DNA of 64,000 bases from a virus, in the IMG/VR virus record IMGVR_UViG_3300028840_004168, positions 65,911 through 129,910 of that record, one strand, 5' to 3'. Below the pieces are notes generated by a model, which worked only from the letters and a program-made list of their open reading frames with translations, searched no databases and was not told the origin of the DNA. The translations under genes were made by a program, and so were the position numbers. Of this stretch, positions 19,623 to 29,347 are shown in pieces; within the stretch, counting starts at the first letter, position 1; each line of letters opens with the position of its first letter.

Positions 19623-19979
19623 ATGAACACATTTTTTCTAATCTTTAATATTGTTAAACTGCTCTGGCCTTTCATGGAGAAAGTCTTTGACTATGTGTGG
19701 GCTAAATGGAAAGAGCACGATGAGATCAAAGCCAAGCATCTGGCAGAAGGCAAGTCTGAAAGTGAAGTAGATATATTGCTGGCTGTCTTCAAGGGAGATG
19801 CCAGGAATGAAATTATCAACATGATGAAAGAGCAGAACATCAGCGAGAAAGTAGCCAGGGCTGCCCTGGAATGTCTGTTGATCGCTATCGGCAAGCTGCT
19901 TGACAAAGGCAAAGATCCAGAGAAAATTTTCGGCAAAAAAAAGAAAAAAGATATTGAAGTTGAAAGCTCAACTGAGTAA
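19623..19979 (+). CDS. Hypothetical protein with hydrophobic N-terminus
   Basis: GGAG SD; MNTFFLIFNIVKLLWPF. Confidence 0.55.
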   Translation: MNTFFLIFNIVKLLWPFMEKVFDYVWAKWKEHDEIKAKHLAEGKSESEVDILLAVFKGDARNEIINMMKEQNISEKVARAALECLLIAIGKLLDKGKDPEKIFGKKKKKDIEVESSTE

Positions 19980-20188
19980 AATATTTTCAGAGGCTGTTGG
20001 TCAATATTAATCCTTAAGGTCAAAGATTATTACTTATGAAGCGTCGTGACTTTTTTGGAATCATAATTTTATCAATCTTCTAATGTGGGTATTAGAAGTA
20101 AATCAGTCAGTTTGTTCTTTCTATAATAAATAGTAGCTGACAAGCAATAACTGTATAGCCAACAGCCTCTACCTTTAAGGAGATCTAA

Positions 20189-20614
20189 ATGATAAATGGT
20201 ATAACTAAAGAAATGATAAACAACGTGATGGCTGAGCTTAACGCCATCTTTAAAGAGATTGCAGGCATAGATGACATGCTGACATATAATGAAGAGGCTG
20301 GCGGCGTAATGTTAGCCACTCCATTCCTGCTCTCTAAAGGACAAATAGAAGAGTTTGTCATAAGCCAGGGATGTGCCAACTTCAAAAGCTTTATCAAGCA
20401 ATCAGGATTTGAACCAGAAGAAATAATAAAAGATATAATGTTCCTTGTACTGTCATCTCTCAACAACAACCTGATGACGATGATGCAGAACTTCCCAGGA
20501 GACAGGTTTACACAGTATGTCGAATCGCTTGACAAGCTGGCAGAGATGGAAGCAGCTGAAGACAAGGAACAAAAACTAAGAGGGCTGCTAGGGACAAAGG
20601 AAACTGAAAACTAA
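20189..20614 (+). CDS. Hypothetical protein
   Basis: AAGGAG SD, 141 aa. Confidence 0.6.
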   Translation: MINGITKEMINNVMAELNAIFKEIAGIDDMLTYNEEAGGVMLATPFLLSKGQIEEFVISQGCANFKSFIKQSGFEPEEIIKDIMFLVLSSLNNNLMTMMQNFPGDRFTQYVESLDKLAEMEAAEDKEQKLRGLLGTKETEN

Positions 20615-20781
20615 TGTCACTAATACATGTTTGCGAAAAATGTTTTAAAAAAATGAAGATACCGATGATCAGCATAACAATCGGCTCTAACTGGACTTGC
20701 CCTGTATGCAAGAAAGACGGAGCCACAGTATTGATAGACTCATGCAAAGCGCTTAACAAGCTACTTTACGATGAGGATTAA
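20614..20781 (+). CDS. Small zinc-ribbon protein (55 aa)
   Basis: Hand translation MSLIHVCEKC...WTCPVCKK; TAATG coupling. Confidence 0.55.
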   Translation: MSLIHVCEKCFKKMKIPMISITIGSNWTCPVCKKDGATVLIDSCKALNKLLYDED

Positions 20782-20783
20782 AT

Positions 20784-21053
20784 ATGGAAAGAGACAGTGG
20801 AACAACATATACCACTGGCGATAACAGCAGCACCATCTCAGGCACAATAGTACAAACTATAGACGATTCAAATTCAGCCACAGACAGCTTCGCAGAAGTC
20901 AAAGGGCATGTGCTTGTCCAATACACAATATGTAGAAGACAGTATGAAGAAGCCGAAGAATGCTATCTTGAAAAAGAACCTGAAAAATACATCATAGAAG
21001 ACGAAGACGCAGAAGATCAAATAGACCTAGATATCTCAAGGGAACCGCCGTAA
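20784..21053 (+). CDS. Acidic hypothetical protein
   Basis: ORF with SD. Confidence 0.5.
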   Translation: MERDSGTTYTTGDNSSTISGTIVQTIDDSNSATDSFAEVKGHVLVQYTICRRQYEEAEECYLEKEPEKYIIEDEDAEDQIDLDISREPP

Positions 21054-21125
21054 TAGATATCCATGTTGACGATCCAAGAAGCTTAATCGATGTTGAGTGG
21101 CTGGAAACAGCCACTCATTTTTCCC

Positions 21126-21154
21126 TTGACTTTTGGTAAAAGCTTAGCTATACT
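21126..21154 (+). promoter_or_regulatory. sigma70-type promoter
   Basis: TTGACT-17-TATACT. Confidence 0.7.
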
Positions 21155-21182
21155 TTAACTTAGAACAATTTAGGAGCCAACT

Positions 21183-21524
21183 ATGAGTGATTGGTATCAT
21201 AGATCAAGCCAAGAATATAAAGAAGCTAATAGCTGCCGCAATGCCTCCTGGGACACTTGCTCAAATGACAATTCAAGCGATATAACTGGTGGAATAGGTT
21301 ATGACGGTTATTCGTGGGAATCTGTAGATGCAGTGACTGTTGGCTACTCGCAATGCCACTATTGCGGATGTATGTGTATAGATTTTGATATGCATTCTAT
21401 TGGCGATGATAAAGTTATTTGTGATAATTGCTTCGATTACTTGTTTGAAATTTTACACACGCTAAACAGGAAAAAGAAAAGAATAATTGTAATTACAGAA
21501 AAAAAGAAGGCAAAGAATGATTGA
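21183..21524 (+). CDS. CxxC zinc-finger protein with basic C-terminal tag
   Basis: CHYCG...ICDNC; ends RKKKRIIVITEKK. Confidence 0.6.
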   Translation: MSDWYHRSSQEYKEANSCRNASWDTCSNDNSSDITGGIGYDGYSWESVDAVTVGYSQCHYCGCMCIDFDMHSIGDDKVICDNCFDYLFEILHTLNRKKKRIIVITEKKKAKND

Positions 21525-21804
21525 AACAATCTTCCCTGAATGCACAGGCTGCGGTTACTGCTGCCATAAAGCTCCATGCTCAACAGCACAAGAGCTCTAC
21601 AACTGGCAGCTTAATTCTTGCCCTGAACTATTATGGTCAGAAGAGAAACAAAGATATCTGTGCGGATTGATGATGCGACCAGGAAAGGCAGGAGAGATAT
21701 TTAGAGAAAAACTCTGTGCAGGCGAAGGCTGCTGCAGCAACCTTAACTCTTGGCACTATGATGTAAAGAAACGAGAACAGATCAAAGCAAAGGAGACAAC
21801 GTGA
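21517..21804 (+). CDS. YkgJ-like CxxCxxCC cysteine-cluster protein
   Basis: ECTGCGYCCHKAPC...CPEL...YLCGL. Confidence 0.7.
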   Translation: MIETIFPECTGCGYCCHKAPCSTAQELYNWQLNSCPELLWSEEKQRYLCGLMMRPGKAGEIFREKLCAGEGCCSNLNSWHYDVKKREQIKAKETT

Positions 21805-21995
21805 TACGCATTACATGCATGATGAAAGACTGCATTTTCAATGTAGGAAATATGGTAAAGCATGCACACCATGTTATAGGATGCGGCAAGGTAGATCCAA
21901 ATATAGAAGTAGATATACGAATGAAGACATCTTATTGCAGAAGCCACGAAAAACCACAAGAAGAGGATGGAACAAAATATGATTCTAATAGATGA
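21801..21995 (+). CDS. Small Cys-containing hypothetical protein
   Basis: ITCMMKDCIFN...CG...YC; coupled starts. Confidence 0.5.
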   Translation: MIRITCMMKDCIFNVGNMVKHAHHVIGCGKVDPNIEVDIRMKTSYCRSHEKPQEEDGTKYDSNR

Positions 21996-22422
21996 AAAAG
22001 GTAAAATGGTCAGCGATAAAAGCGAGAGGGAGCTGCACGCATTTGCTAAAAAGATAGGTATAAGTAGAGATTGGTTTAACAAGCCGCCTAAAGATGTAAG
22101 GATACCGACAGCGGCTTCTTACAGGCACTACGATCTCATTACCAAAGCCTTGATGGACAGGGCTATACAGATGGGAGCAGAAGAAGTGCCGACCAGAGAG
22201 CTTATCTATCGTGCGTGGTGGCATAATAAGCACTTGAAATCGACAAGGTGGAAGCTGCGGCAGGTCGCTAGGGAAGCGGCAAAGCAAGTAAAAATAAACG
22301 CTGAAGCAGAAGAAAAATCTGTAATTACAGAAAAAAAATCGGAGAAGAAGAGTGCCAAAAAAGCGAAAAAAGCTAGACCGAGAAAAAAAGATAGAGTTGG
22401 TAAGAAGGTCAAAAAAGCATAA
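21967..22422 (+). CDS. DUF4031-like protein
   Basis: MVSD..ELHAFAKKIGISRDWF...HYDL...RAIQMGAEEV. Confidence 0.65.
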   Translation: MEQNMILIDEKGKMVSDKSERELHAFAKKIGISRDWFNKPPKDVRIPTAASYRHYDLITKALMDRAIQMGAEEVPTRELIYRAWWHNKHLKSTRWKLRQVAREAAKQVKINAEAEEKSVITEKKSEKKSAKKAKKARPRKKDRVGKKVKKA

Positions 22423-22723
22423 GACCCATGTGATAAACGGCAGCTGGACAATGCTTCTTAATGGGTTTAGGCCAACTATACCTGCATCTATAGACTGCAA
22501 CGACCCTATCATCATGGCTAGAGGACTGGTAGATAATTCTGAATGCAGCATTACTCTATGCAAGGCTGCTATAAGAGTAAAAGACGATATAGAATCTTTC
22601 ACAGGATCACCAGATGAGATCACATGTATGGCATGCAAGAAAATATATTTCAGGCACAGGCATAAAGACTACAATAAATTTTTAATCAGCATCAAGAAAA
22701 GAAGAAGGGCGATAAGAGTATGA
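22352..22723 (+). CDS. H/C/CxxC zinc-finger protein (family B, divergent) with tag
   Basis: THVI...LC...ITCMAC; ends KKRRRAIRV. Confidence 0.55.
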   Translation: MPKKRKKLDREKKIELVRRSKKHKTHVINGSWTMLLNGFRPTIPASIDCNDPIIMARGLVDNSECSITLCKAAIRVKDDIESFTGSPDEITCMACKKIYFRHRHKDYNKFLISIKKRRRAIRV

Positions 22724-22992
22724 ACCTCAGAAGAAAACTAAGAAGTCTTAGAGAATTTGCTATCTGCAAAGACGGCATCTGGTTTCCATATAAAGGAGAT
22801 GTCATTCTATACGTATTTCCCTGGCGCAGAGATAACTGCGTGTTTGTCAGCGTGCTGTCTGAAGGCGGCTTTACCAGCCTGAAAGAGATAGACAGGTTCT
22901 GGAGCCAGTTTGCAGAGCTCCAAAACAGCGAAGGGCTCACTAGTTTGGAAGATGTAAAAAAAGAATTAGACATAGGAGATGATGATGGATAG
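22720..22992 (+). CDS. Hypothetical protein upstream of HicB-like gene (possible degenerate HicA-like)
   Basis: Size and position only; no catalytic His motif seen. Confidence 0.4.
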   Translation: MNLRRKLRSLREFAICKDGIWFPYKGDVILYVFPWRRDNCVFVSVLSEGGFTSLKEIDRFWSQFAELQNSEGLTSLEDVKKELDIGDDDG

Positions 22993-23326
22993 AAAGAAGC
23001 CGCACCTTGTTTTTAACGTCCTTATCTCAACTACAGATGGAAGCATGTATTGTGACGCTACCTGCCTGGAGATGGATCTGGTTGACGCTGGAACTACTAA
23101 CGACCTTGACGCATTAGCACGAGATATGGCTGACATCATCCAAACACAGCTGCAAGAAACACTGGAAAATGACAATGTCGAGAATGCATATAGAGGCGCA
23201 CCTTTATGGCTATGGTTAAAATGGTCTAAAGCTGGAGCCCCTACTAACAGAATTATAAGAAAGATCATAGCAGACGGCTTGCACATGTTTGATATAGAAA
23301 TATTGTTTTATGAGGATCTGGTTTAA
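22979..23326 (+). CDS. HicB-like antitoxin-fold protein
   Basis: FNVLIS...ATCLEMDLVDAGT...DMADIIQTQLQETLENDNVENAYRGAP..LW. Confidence 0.6.
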   Translation: MMMDRKKPHLVFNVLISTTDGSMYCDATCLEMDLVDAGTTNDLDALARDMADIIQTQLQETLENDNVENAYRGAPLWLWLKWSKAGAPTNRIIRKIIADGLHMFDIEILFYEDLV

Positions 23327-23670
23327 TGGTTAAAAAAATAACATTAGAAGACGTAGCTGAAAGCATGCACAAGGTTGACTTCTACAGCCCTGACAGAATA
23401 TATAACTGCTTCAAAGGAATGACTGGAGAGTTGCATGTGATAAACTCTGTATTGCCTATGCTCGGCAACAACAGGAGGATAGTAGCCCATTGCGGCGTTG
23501 AGCAAGAAGTCCATCCGTTATCAGAAGCAGAGATTACTAAAGTAGCAGCTGAGGATGCCACAGTGATATGTAAAATGTGCAGAGACGTATGTAAAATATA
23601 TTTGCAGCCAAAGCATAGACCGCTGACAGTCAGCACCAGAAAGAGAAGAAAGTTCAACTATGGTAAGTAG
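23326..23670 (+). CDS. Family B zinc-finger protein with tag
   Basis: LHVI...HCG...ICKMC; ends RKRRKFNYGK. Confidence 0.65.
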   Translation: MVKKITLEDVAESMHKVDFYSPDRIYNCFKGMTGELHVINSVLPMLGNNRRIVAHCGVEQEVHPLSEAEITKVAAEDATVICKMCRDVCKIYLQPKHRPLTVSTRKRRKFNYGK

Positions 23671-23986
23671 ATATTTAAATTCAATAACAGTGGATATTAA
23701 GATGTATTCATGCTTTACGTTTGAAAGAATACATCACATAATCAAGACAGCTGATGCTGATGGGCACGACTCAATTGCACTCAGGGCGTATTGTACTGCA
23801 GGATGGCTGATAGAAAAAGCGCATGCAGATAAAGTCATAAAAGTAGTCAGCAGCACAGATCCACAGCTATGCCCTCATTGCCTGATGGTAGCTAATACTA
23901 AGATAGAAATAAAAGAATATGATCTGAAAGATATATTTCCACCAGCAAGAAAACGGAGAAGGTTTAACTATGGTAACAACGATTAA
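23660..23986 (+). CDS. Family B zinc-finger protein with tag
   Basis: HHII...YC...PQLCPHC; ends RKRRRFNYGNND. Confidence 0.65.
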   Translation: MVSRYLNSITVDIKMYSCFTFERIHHIIKTADADGHDSIALRAYCTAGWLIEKAHADKVIKVVSSTDPQLCPHCLMVANTKIEIKEYDLKDIFPPARKRRRFNYGNND

Positions 23987-24785
23987 TGAATGGGAACATG
24001 GGCCTATGTATGACGTATTCTACGAAGATGGACATTATCACGTCATTTCAGAAAGACAAGTAAATGTCGATGATGGTCGCATAGATGAATATATGGTATC
24101 AGTATGCGGCAGGCCTCGGCATATTAATCCAGAGATAGATGTAAATAGCCAAACCACCAATATACGCAGAGATCATCCTTCGCTGTGCACCGCATGCATG
24201 CAGCCTGACAGAATGATATCCAGGCGAATGAAAGAAACTATAAATAAAGTCAACGTTGATCAAGTAATAGATTGCAAGCCGATGGTCAAGATGGCACGCA
24301 TACTCAACCTTTCCGACAGGGAAGTCCTCATATCAGGAGAGGCTGGCCCTGGCGCATCTATGCTTGTCAAGATTCAACCAGACTCTATAGTTACTCTGTC
24401 TATGCACGATTACAACATATGTAAGAAGTCAGATGCCTTACAGGGCATGATACACGAAAGATACGTAGAGATAGATATATGCGACCACTTCTTTACTTTC
24501 AACCTGCCAGAATCTACTCAAAGGCATATAATAGGCACGATAAAAGAATCGAAAGACAGCTATGATGCCAACACCCACAAGCTCGTGCGCTCTGCAATCT
24601 CCATGTGTGAAAATCACTACATGGAAATGAGCTCACAGCTGATAGGAGAGGCATTCAGGCACGTATGGTATAAACATCCAGATCTGTGCTACACTTGTAA
24701 GGTAATCTATAACAGGTTCCACAAGGGCAGAGAAGAAGTAAGCAGCCGTAAGAAGAAACGCAAATTCAACCAATTCAAAGGATAG
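23970..24785 (+). CDS. Family B protein with two zinc-finger modules and tag
   Basis: YHVI...HPSLCTAC and RHII...HPDLCYTC; ends RKKKRKFNQFKG. Confidence 0.7.
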   Translation: MVTTINEWEHGPMYDVFYEDGHYHVISERQVNVDDGRIDEYMVSVCGRPRHINPEIDVNSQTTNIRRDHPSLCTACMQPDRMISRRMKETINKVNVDQVIDCKPMVKMARILNLSDREVLISGEAGPGASMLVKIQPDSIVTLSMHDYNICKKSDALQGMIHERYVEIDICDHFFTFNLPESTQRHIIGTIKESKDSYDANTHKLVRSAISMCENHYMEMSSQLIGEAFRHVWYKHPDLCYTCKVIYNRFHKGREEVSSRKKKRKFNQFKG

Positions 24786-24792
24786 ACAAACT

Positions 24793-25317
24793 ATGTCAAA
24801 CAAAGACGATGATATAAGACTTATAATTAAAAAAGCCAGGATATTAAGTCTTACTGATTATGCTGTCTATTACAATTCAAATAATGACGTATGCCTTCTT
24901 AAACTTGAGCGAGATCATCTAGCAATCATAAAAGAAAACAAATATAACGCCCTGTGTATTGAAGCACCACAATTCTCTAATGATATAGCAAGAGGCGCAG
25001 TAGAAGTAGAAGTGTCAGACTACTACTACACTTATTTTCATGATTACGACAAAGAAAAAATAAGACACATTATTAAAAAATTTGTAGATGTAGAAAAAGA
25101 TGGCGAGATGCGCAAATTAGCTGTGCCATATTGCAGTGAAGCAAAACCATCAATAAGAGAAGAAAAAAACACATGGAAAAGATTTAAATATTCTTACTGG
25201 AGACATCCAGATCTATGTGTATTGTGTAATACTGAATTATGGAAAGACAAAGGAATAGCAGAAAAAGATTTTATATTAAAATCAAATAAACGCAAATTCA
25301 ACCAATTCAAAGGATAG
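24793..25317 (+). CDS. Family B protein with tag
   Basis: KARILSL...RHII...PYC...HPDLCVLC; ends NKRKFNQFKG. Confidence 0.7.
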   Translation: MSNKDDDIRLIIKKARILSLTDYAVYYNSNNDVCLLKLERDHLAIIKENKYNALCIEAPQFSNDIARGAVEVEVSDYYYTYFHDYDKEKIRHIIKKFVDVEKDGEMRKLAVPYCSEAKPSIREEKNTWKRFKYSYWRHPDLCVLCNTELWKDKGIAEKDFILKSNKRKFNQFKG

Positions 25318-25320
25318 GCA

Positions 25321-25809
25321 ATGGCACACATCGATTATAAAATGGTAATCTATAAAGAGCCCAACGGCGATATCCAGGGGCATGTGCTGGAGATGGGCAT
25401 GTCTACAGCCAATACAGAAAAACCATATAGAGAACTCACAGGAGAAGTGCTGTCACTGCTGATCAACGGCACTATAGAAGCTATAGCCGAAGAACTTATC
25501 AAAAATTTTGATGACCATGCAGAGCAACTAAAAAGAGTAAAAGAGGCTTCAAGCCTGGAAGAAGATCGTCCAGATCACCCTTATATCAACCATATCACCA
25601 GGAGAACAGATTTTCATTTAGATAGATTCAAGCTCTTCAGCAAAGTAGCGCACAATCCTATAGCTACTATCTATAAGCCTGTAACACACGATCTCACAGG
25701 AACGTTTCTGATTAGCCTCACAGCTTACAACGGAATACCAGATAATAAAAACATGCCCAAGCCTAAAAGAAGAAAGAGAAATATAAAAGTTGACAAAGTC
25801 AAATTATAA
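25321..25809 (+). CDS. HicB-like fold protein, paralog of 26677..27159, with tag
   Basis: YKMVIYKEPNGDIQGHVLEMG; ELTGEVLS and PIATIYK shared with paralog; ends KRRKRNIKV. Confidence 0.55.
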   Translation: MAHIDYKMVIYKEPNGDIQGHVLEMGMSTANTEKPYRELTGEVLSLLINGTIEAIAEELIKNFDDHAEQLKRVKEASSLEEDRPDHPYINHITRRTDFHLDRFKLFSKVAHNPIATIYKPVTHDLTGTFLISLTAYNGIPDNKNMPKPKRRKRNIKVDKVKL

Positions 25810-25869
25810 GAGGTAAGATATACATGCTCCATCAGACAGATAGACAGACAGAAAAATAAGGAGAAAGAC

Positions 25870-26295
25870 ATGATAGTAAAAATTAAGACAGACAAAGACC
25901 GCTTTTTAATCATCGACAACCTTTCCCATGCAGAATATGATCCAATAGGCTATGTAGCATTTGATGCTGGAGGCAGATGCACCTGCTCACCAGATAGCGC
26001 ATGCCGTGAATGCAGAGGGGCAGCGTTTAAGGTGGGCCATGACATCAACTTGAGCAATGCAAGAGAAGTAGAGAACTCCTTCAGAAAAATGTATGCCCAT
26101 GTAGCGATGCCAAATCTGGATCTATGGCCTTCTGCTGGACATGCAGACAACGACCATGCTCATTATTTTTATAACACTATGTATCTGTTTAAAAATGATG
26201 GCACTGAGATAAGCATCATCTTTGATACAGTGGCATATATCTGTAACGACAACAGCAAGACGCTTGAGAAAGTGGATTGTAGAAATAACTTTTAA
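25870..26295 (+). CDS. Hypothetical Cys-containing protein
   Basis: GGAG SD; CTC..ACREC. Confidence 0.55.
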   Translation: MIVKIKTDKDRFLIIDNLSHAEYDPIGYVAFDAGGRCTCSPDSACRECRGAAFKVGHDINLSNAREVENSFRKMYAHVAMPNLDLWPSAGHADNDHAHYFYNTMYLFKNDGTEISIIFDTVAYICNDNSKTLEKVDCRNNF

Positions 26296-26344
26296 CCAAT
26301 AGCTCTAAACTGTCTGGTGGAGCTAAATAACAAAGGAGCCAACA

Positions 26345-26641
26345 ATGAACGAACACGCAGGCCTTATGATCCAAGACCTTAAAGAAAAAATAAAACTATT
26401 AGAAACTGAAAACAAAGAACTCAAAGAGCACGCCAAAGAAGCCGAAGCAGCCGCACGCACGTACAAGCAAAGATGGCTTGATTCAATGGAATCGCTGCAG
26501 CACATCGAATACAAAATAGACAAGATGGATGCGTGGCTGACAGGGATGATTGTGCAGAGCGAAACAACAGATAGGCTAAGACCCGATCACGCCAAGCTAT
26601 TCAGAAAAACAAGAACTAAGTTCAAAGAGCTTGGATTATAA
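26345..26641 (+). CDS. Coiled-coil hypothetical protein
   Basis: AAGGAG SD; heptad pattern. Confidence 0.6.
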   Translation: MNEHAGLMIQDLKEKIKLLETENKELKEHAKEAEAAARTYKQRWLDSMESLQHIEYKIDKMDAWLTGMIVQSETTDRLRPDHAKLFRKTRTKFKELGL

Positions 26642-26676
26642 TATGTAATTTCAGAAAAAACAGGAGATATGACTCA

Positions 26677-27159
26677 ATGCTCATTCACTTCGTCTACAAT
26701 ATAATTATACTTAACGATAAATCAGAATACGCAGCCATCTTCGCACACACTATAGAAACAGGCAGCACTCACACTATCTCATCAGAGCCCACAGAGCTCA
26801 CAGATGAGGTTTTAAGCGCTTTTATCTACCATGTGCCTATACGTATCAAAGAGAGCTTCATACGGTCTGTAAACGGATATTTTGACGCTTCAGGCGACTT
26901 TGATTTAAACGACTGGCAGGCTCAGACTAACCACAGACATCTCGTTGGCTTTACAGGAGAGCTGCATGTAGAAATGTTAAAGACATATTTAAAGTGCAAC
27001 CAGCCGCCACTAGCCACAGTCTACAAGACAGCATACCATACCAAGATAGGCGAAGTTAATATGCAGTTCAACTTCCACGACTGCACTAAAGAAGGGTTTA
27101 AAGGAATCAACCCTGCCAGAAGAAAGAAACGCAGAATCAGCTTTGCAAAGGAGAAATAA
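26677..27159 (+). CDS. Paralog of 25321..25809 with tag
   Basis: ELTDEVLS, PLATVYK; ends RRKKRRISFAKEK. Confidence 0.6.
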   Translation: MLIHFVYNIIILNDKSEYAAIFAHTIETGSTHTISSEPTELTDEVLSAFIYHVPIRIKESFIRSVNGYFDASGDFDLNDWQAQTNHRHLVGFTGELHVEMLKTYLKCNQPPLATVYKTAYHTKIGEVNMQFNFHDCTKEGFKGINPARRKKRRISFAKEK

Positions 27160-27160
27160 T

Positions 27161-27490
27161 ATGGAAGCGATACAGCAGATCACTTTTACAGAAGCACTGA
27201 CAGGCATCGGCATAGCTGTCATGCTCATAGCCGTCCTGGTATTCATAATGGTCAGGACATCATTATCGCTGATGCAGTCAGGAGAAGACGAACGCAAGCC
27301 GCTGTTAAACGTGGTCATATTCGGCTTTGCCATCCTGCTAGGCGTATTCGTCTGTGACAAGGTCATAGCGCTGCATACAGACATCTTGTCTAAAGAAGAG
27401 TCGATAAGTGTTTTTAATTTAATCAAAGACATCAGCCTGATAGTCTTCGGATACTACTTCGGAGTCAGCAACGGCAAAAACAAAGGATAA
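27161..27490 (+). CDS. Three-TM membrane protein (start revised to MEAIQQ)
   Basis: Three hydrophobic segments; GGAG SD before 27161. Confidence 0.6.
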   Translation: MEAIQQITFTEALTGIGIAVMLIAVLVFIMVRTSLSLMQSGEDERKPLLNVVIFGFAILLGVFVCDKVIALHTDILSKEESISVFNLIKDISLIVFGYYFGVSNGKNKG

Positions 27491-27493
27491 CCA

Positions 27494-28021
27494 ATGCCCG
27501 AAAAAGACTATGAACAGCTGAAAGACACGCTCAAACAAGGATTTACCATGAAGGCCAGGATAATGAACATGGCCCACCAGAAGCTCGTATACCGCATAGA
27601 TGACTCCCACGTAAGCCTGATCATAGAAAAAGATAACATGACAGTCCTGACGATGGACGAATGGTACAAATGGATGAAGCAAGTAGGCTTTGACGGCGAT
27701 GTTATGTCAGGCAGGCTCAAGACAGAGATCGTCAAATACTTCTACACATTCAACGTGGCCTACGGCTGCGCCTGCCATATAATCAAATATACAGAGGAAC
27801 GAGACTACGGCCTCCAGCCCATACCCTACTGTGATGCAGCGATGCACAACACTATATTCCTGGCAAGCATGGGCGATGCACGCCTGCACGAAGTATACGA
27901 AGACAGTCCAGACATCTGCCATGACTGCCTCAAAAAAATAAAGCAAGACCAGGAAATAGAAGTCACAGCAACAAAAAAACTTAAAAAGAAACGTTTATTC
28001 AACCAGTATAAGGCAAGATAA
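27494..28021 (+). CDS. Family B protein with tag
   Basis: MKARIMNM...CHII...PYC...SPDICHDC; ends KKKRLFNQYKAR. Confidence 0.7.
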   Translation: MPEKDYEQLKDTLKQGFTMKARIMNMAHQKLVYRIDDSHVSLIIEKDNMTVLTMDEWYKWMKQVGFDGDVMSGRLKTEIVKYFYTFNVAYGCACHIIKYTEERDYGLQPIPYCDAAMHNTIFLASMGDARLHEVYEDSPDICHDCLKKIKQDQEIEVTATKKLKKKRLFNQYKAR

Positions 28022-28023
28022 AT

Positions 28024-28575
28024 ATGGTAGCATATAGCACTCCAGCATTAAAGCAGAAAAAAGACCTGGCTGAATACCTTAACAGCATATATGTTGTAAA
28101 GGCACGTATACTTAACCTTACAGAATTAGGCTATCACTATAAACACGAAGAAGAAGAGATTGAGTTCCCACCAGATTCACTGACGATCTTAAATTCAGAG
28201 CAATGGATGGGCATCACAGCCAATACCAACTTCCTCAATAGAGTCCAAGAAGGCATATTTAAAGTAGACATAGCCAACTACTATATCTGTGTCAGGTACG
28301 CAGAGGGCAAGACATGGCACATAGTCAAAGAAGCCCACCTGACTAATATAGGCGGCTACACGCCTATATGCCTGTGCGATCCAGACAACCCTGCAGGCAT
28401 AGTGACATTCCAGGCATCAGCCCATAGCAGGATGAATGAGATATACAGCAAAAACCCAAACCTCTGCCGCATGTGCCACAACATCGCCAGGGGGATAATA
28501 CCGGAAGCAGATACAGAAGGCATGCGCATAAAGCCCAAAAGAAAACGTCTATTCAACCAGTATAAGGCAAAATAA
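28024..28575 (+). CDS. Family B protein with tag
   Basis: KARILNL...WHIV...LC...NPNLCRMC; ends KRKRLFNQYKAK. Confidence 0.7.
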   Translation: MVAYSTPALKQKKDLAEYLNSIYVVKARILNLTELGYHYKHEEEEIEFPPDSLTILNSEQWMGITANTNFLNRVQEGIFKVDIANYYICVRYAEGKTWHIVKEAHLTNIGGYTPICLCDPDNPAGIVTFQASAHSRMNEIYSKNPNLCRMCHNIARGIIPEADTEGMRIKPKRKRLFNQYKAK

Positions 28576-29123
28576 TGAACATAACCAGAGTCAAAGAATA
28601 CATGGAAGAGACTGTTGCCAAGAAGATAAGGATACTTTGCAATACAGCAACACCTATATCTTTCGTATTACATGGCAGATACTGGCATCCCACATTCAAC
28701 CCAGGATCTACAATCACAGTCAATATGGAAGAATATAACGCCCTGCTTGCACATGAAACTTTCGTGAGGCTCATAAAAACCAAAGGCCTTATCATAGAAG
28801 AGGCTGTCTATTATACCTGCTTCAACCCCAATCAAGACTCGAACAGCCTCTGGCATGTCATCAAAGACGTGCAAACGGCAAGCGAGACGTTGTCTATATA
28901 TAGACCCAGGCCCCTGTGCAATGAAAAGATGGATCACAATATGAGGGCATCGGAAAAAACGCCTACACAATGGGTCACACGGCTCCAGCACAACTGCCCC
29001 GACATCTGTATGAAGTGCAGAGTAATCATGGGCAATATCTTAAAAGAAGCCGAAGACAAGCAAACAGACCCACCAGCGGCAGCTCGTAAGAAACGTTTAT
29101 TCAACCAGTTCCTGAAAAGCTAG
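28575..29123 (+). CDS. Family B protein with tag
   Basis: KIRILC...WHVI...PLC...CPDICMKC; ends RKKRLFNQFLKS. Confidence 0.7.
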   Translation: MNITRVKEYMEETVAKKIRILCNTATPISFVLHGRYWHPTFNPGSTITVNMEEYNALLAHETFVRLIKTKGLIIEEAVYYTCFNPNQDSNSLWHVIKDVQTASETLSIYRPRPLCNEKMDHNMRASEKTPTQWVTRLQHNCPDICMKCRVIMGNILKEAEDKQTDPPAAARKKRLFNQFLKS

Positions 29124-29233
29124 TTATATCTATTAAGTGGCAAATACTGATGAGCCGCACTTTAAATTAACTGTCATTACAGATTTTATTTTGCTGATAA
29201 GATAATTATACTTGGCTTTCTATTAAATATCTG

Positions 29234-29347
29234 CATTTTTTACCTAAAAATGTGTTGGAATTCCAGAGGGGAGAGGCAAGTTATACTTGACTATCTATTA
29301 TAATGTCACCATTTTTTACCTAAAAATGTGTTGGAATTCCAGAGGGG
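29234..29347. repeat. Identical 38-bp direct repeat x2 in intergenic convergence zone
   Basis: cattttttacctaaaaatgtgttggaattccagagggg at 29234-29271 and 29310-29347. Confidence 0.9.

Noticed and set aside
23326-29123. Integron cassette array
   Set aside because: Genes overlap or abut with no room for attC sites; no integrase.
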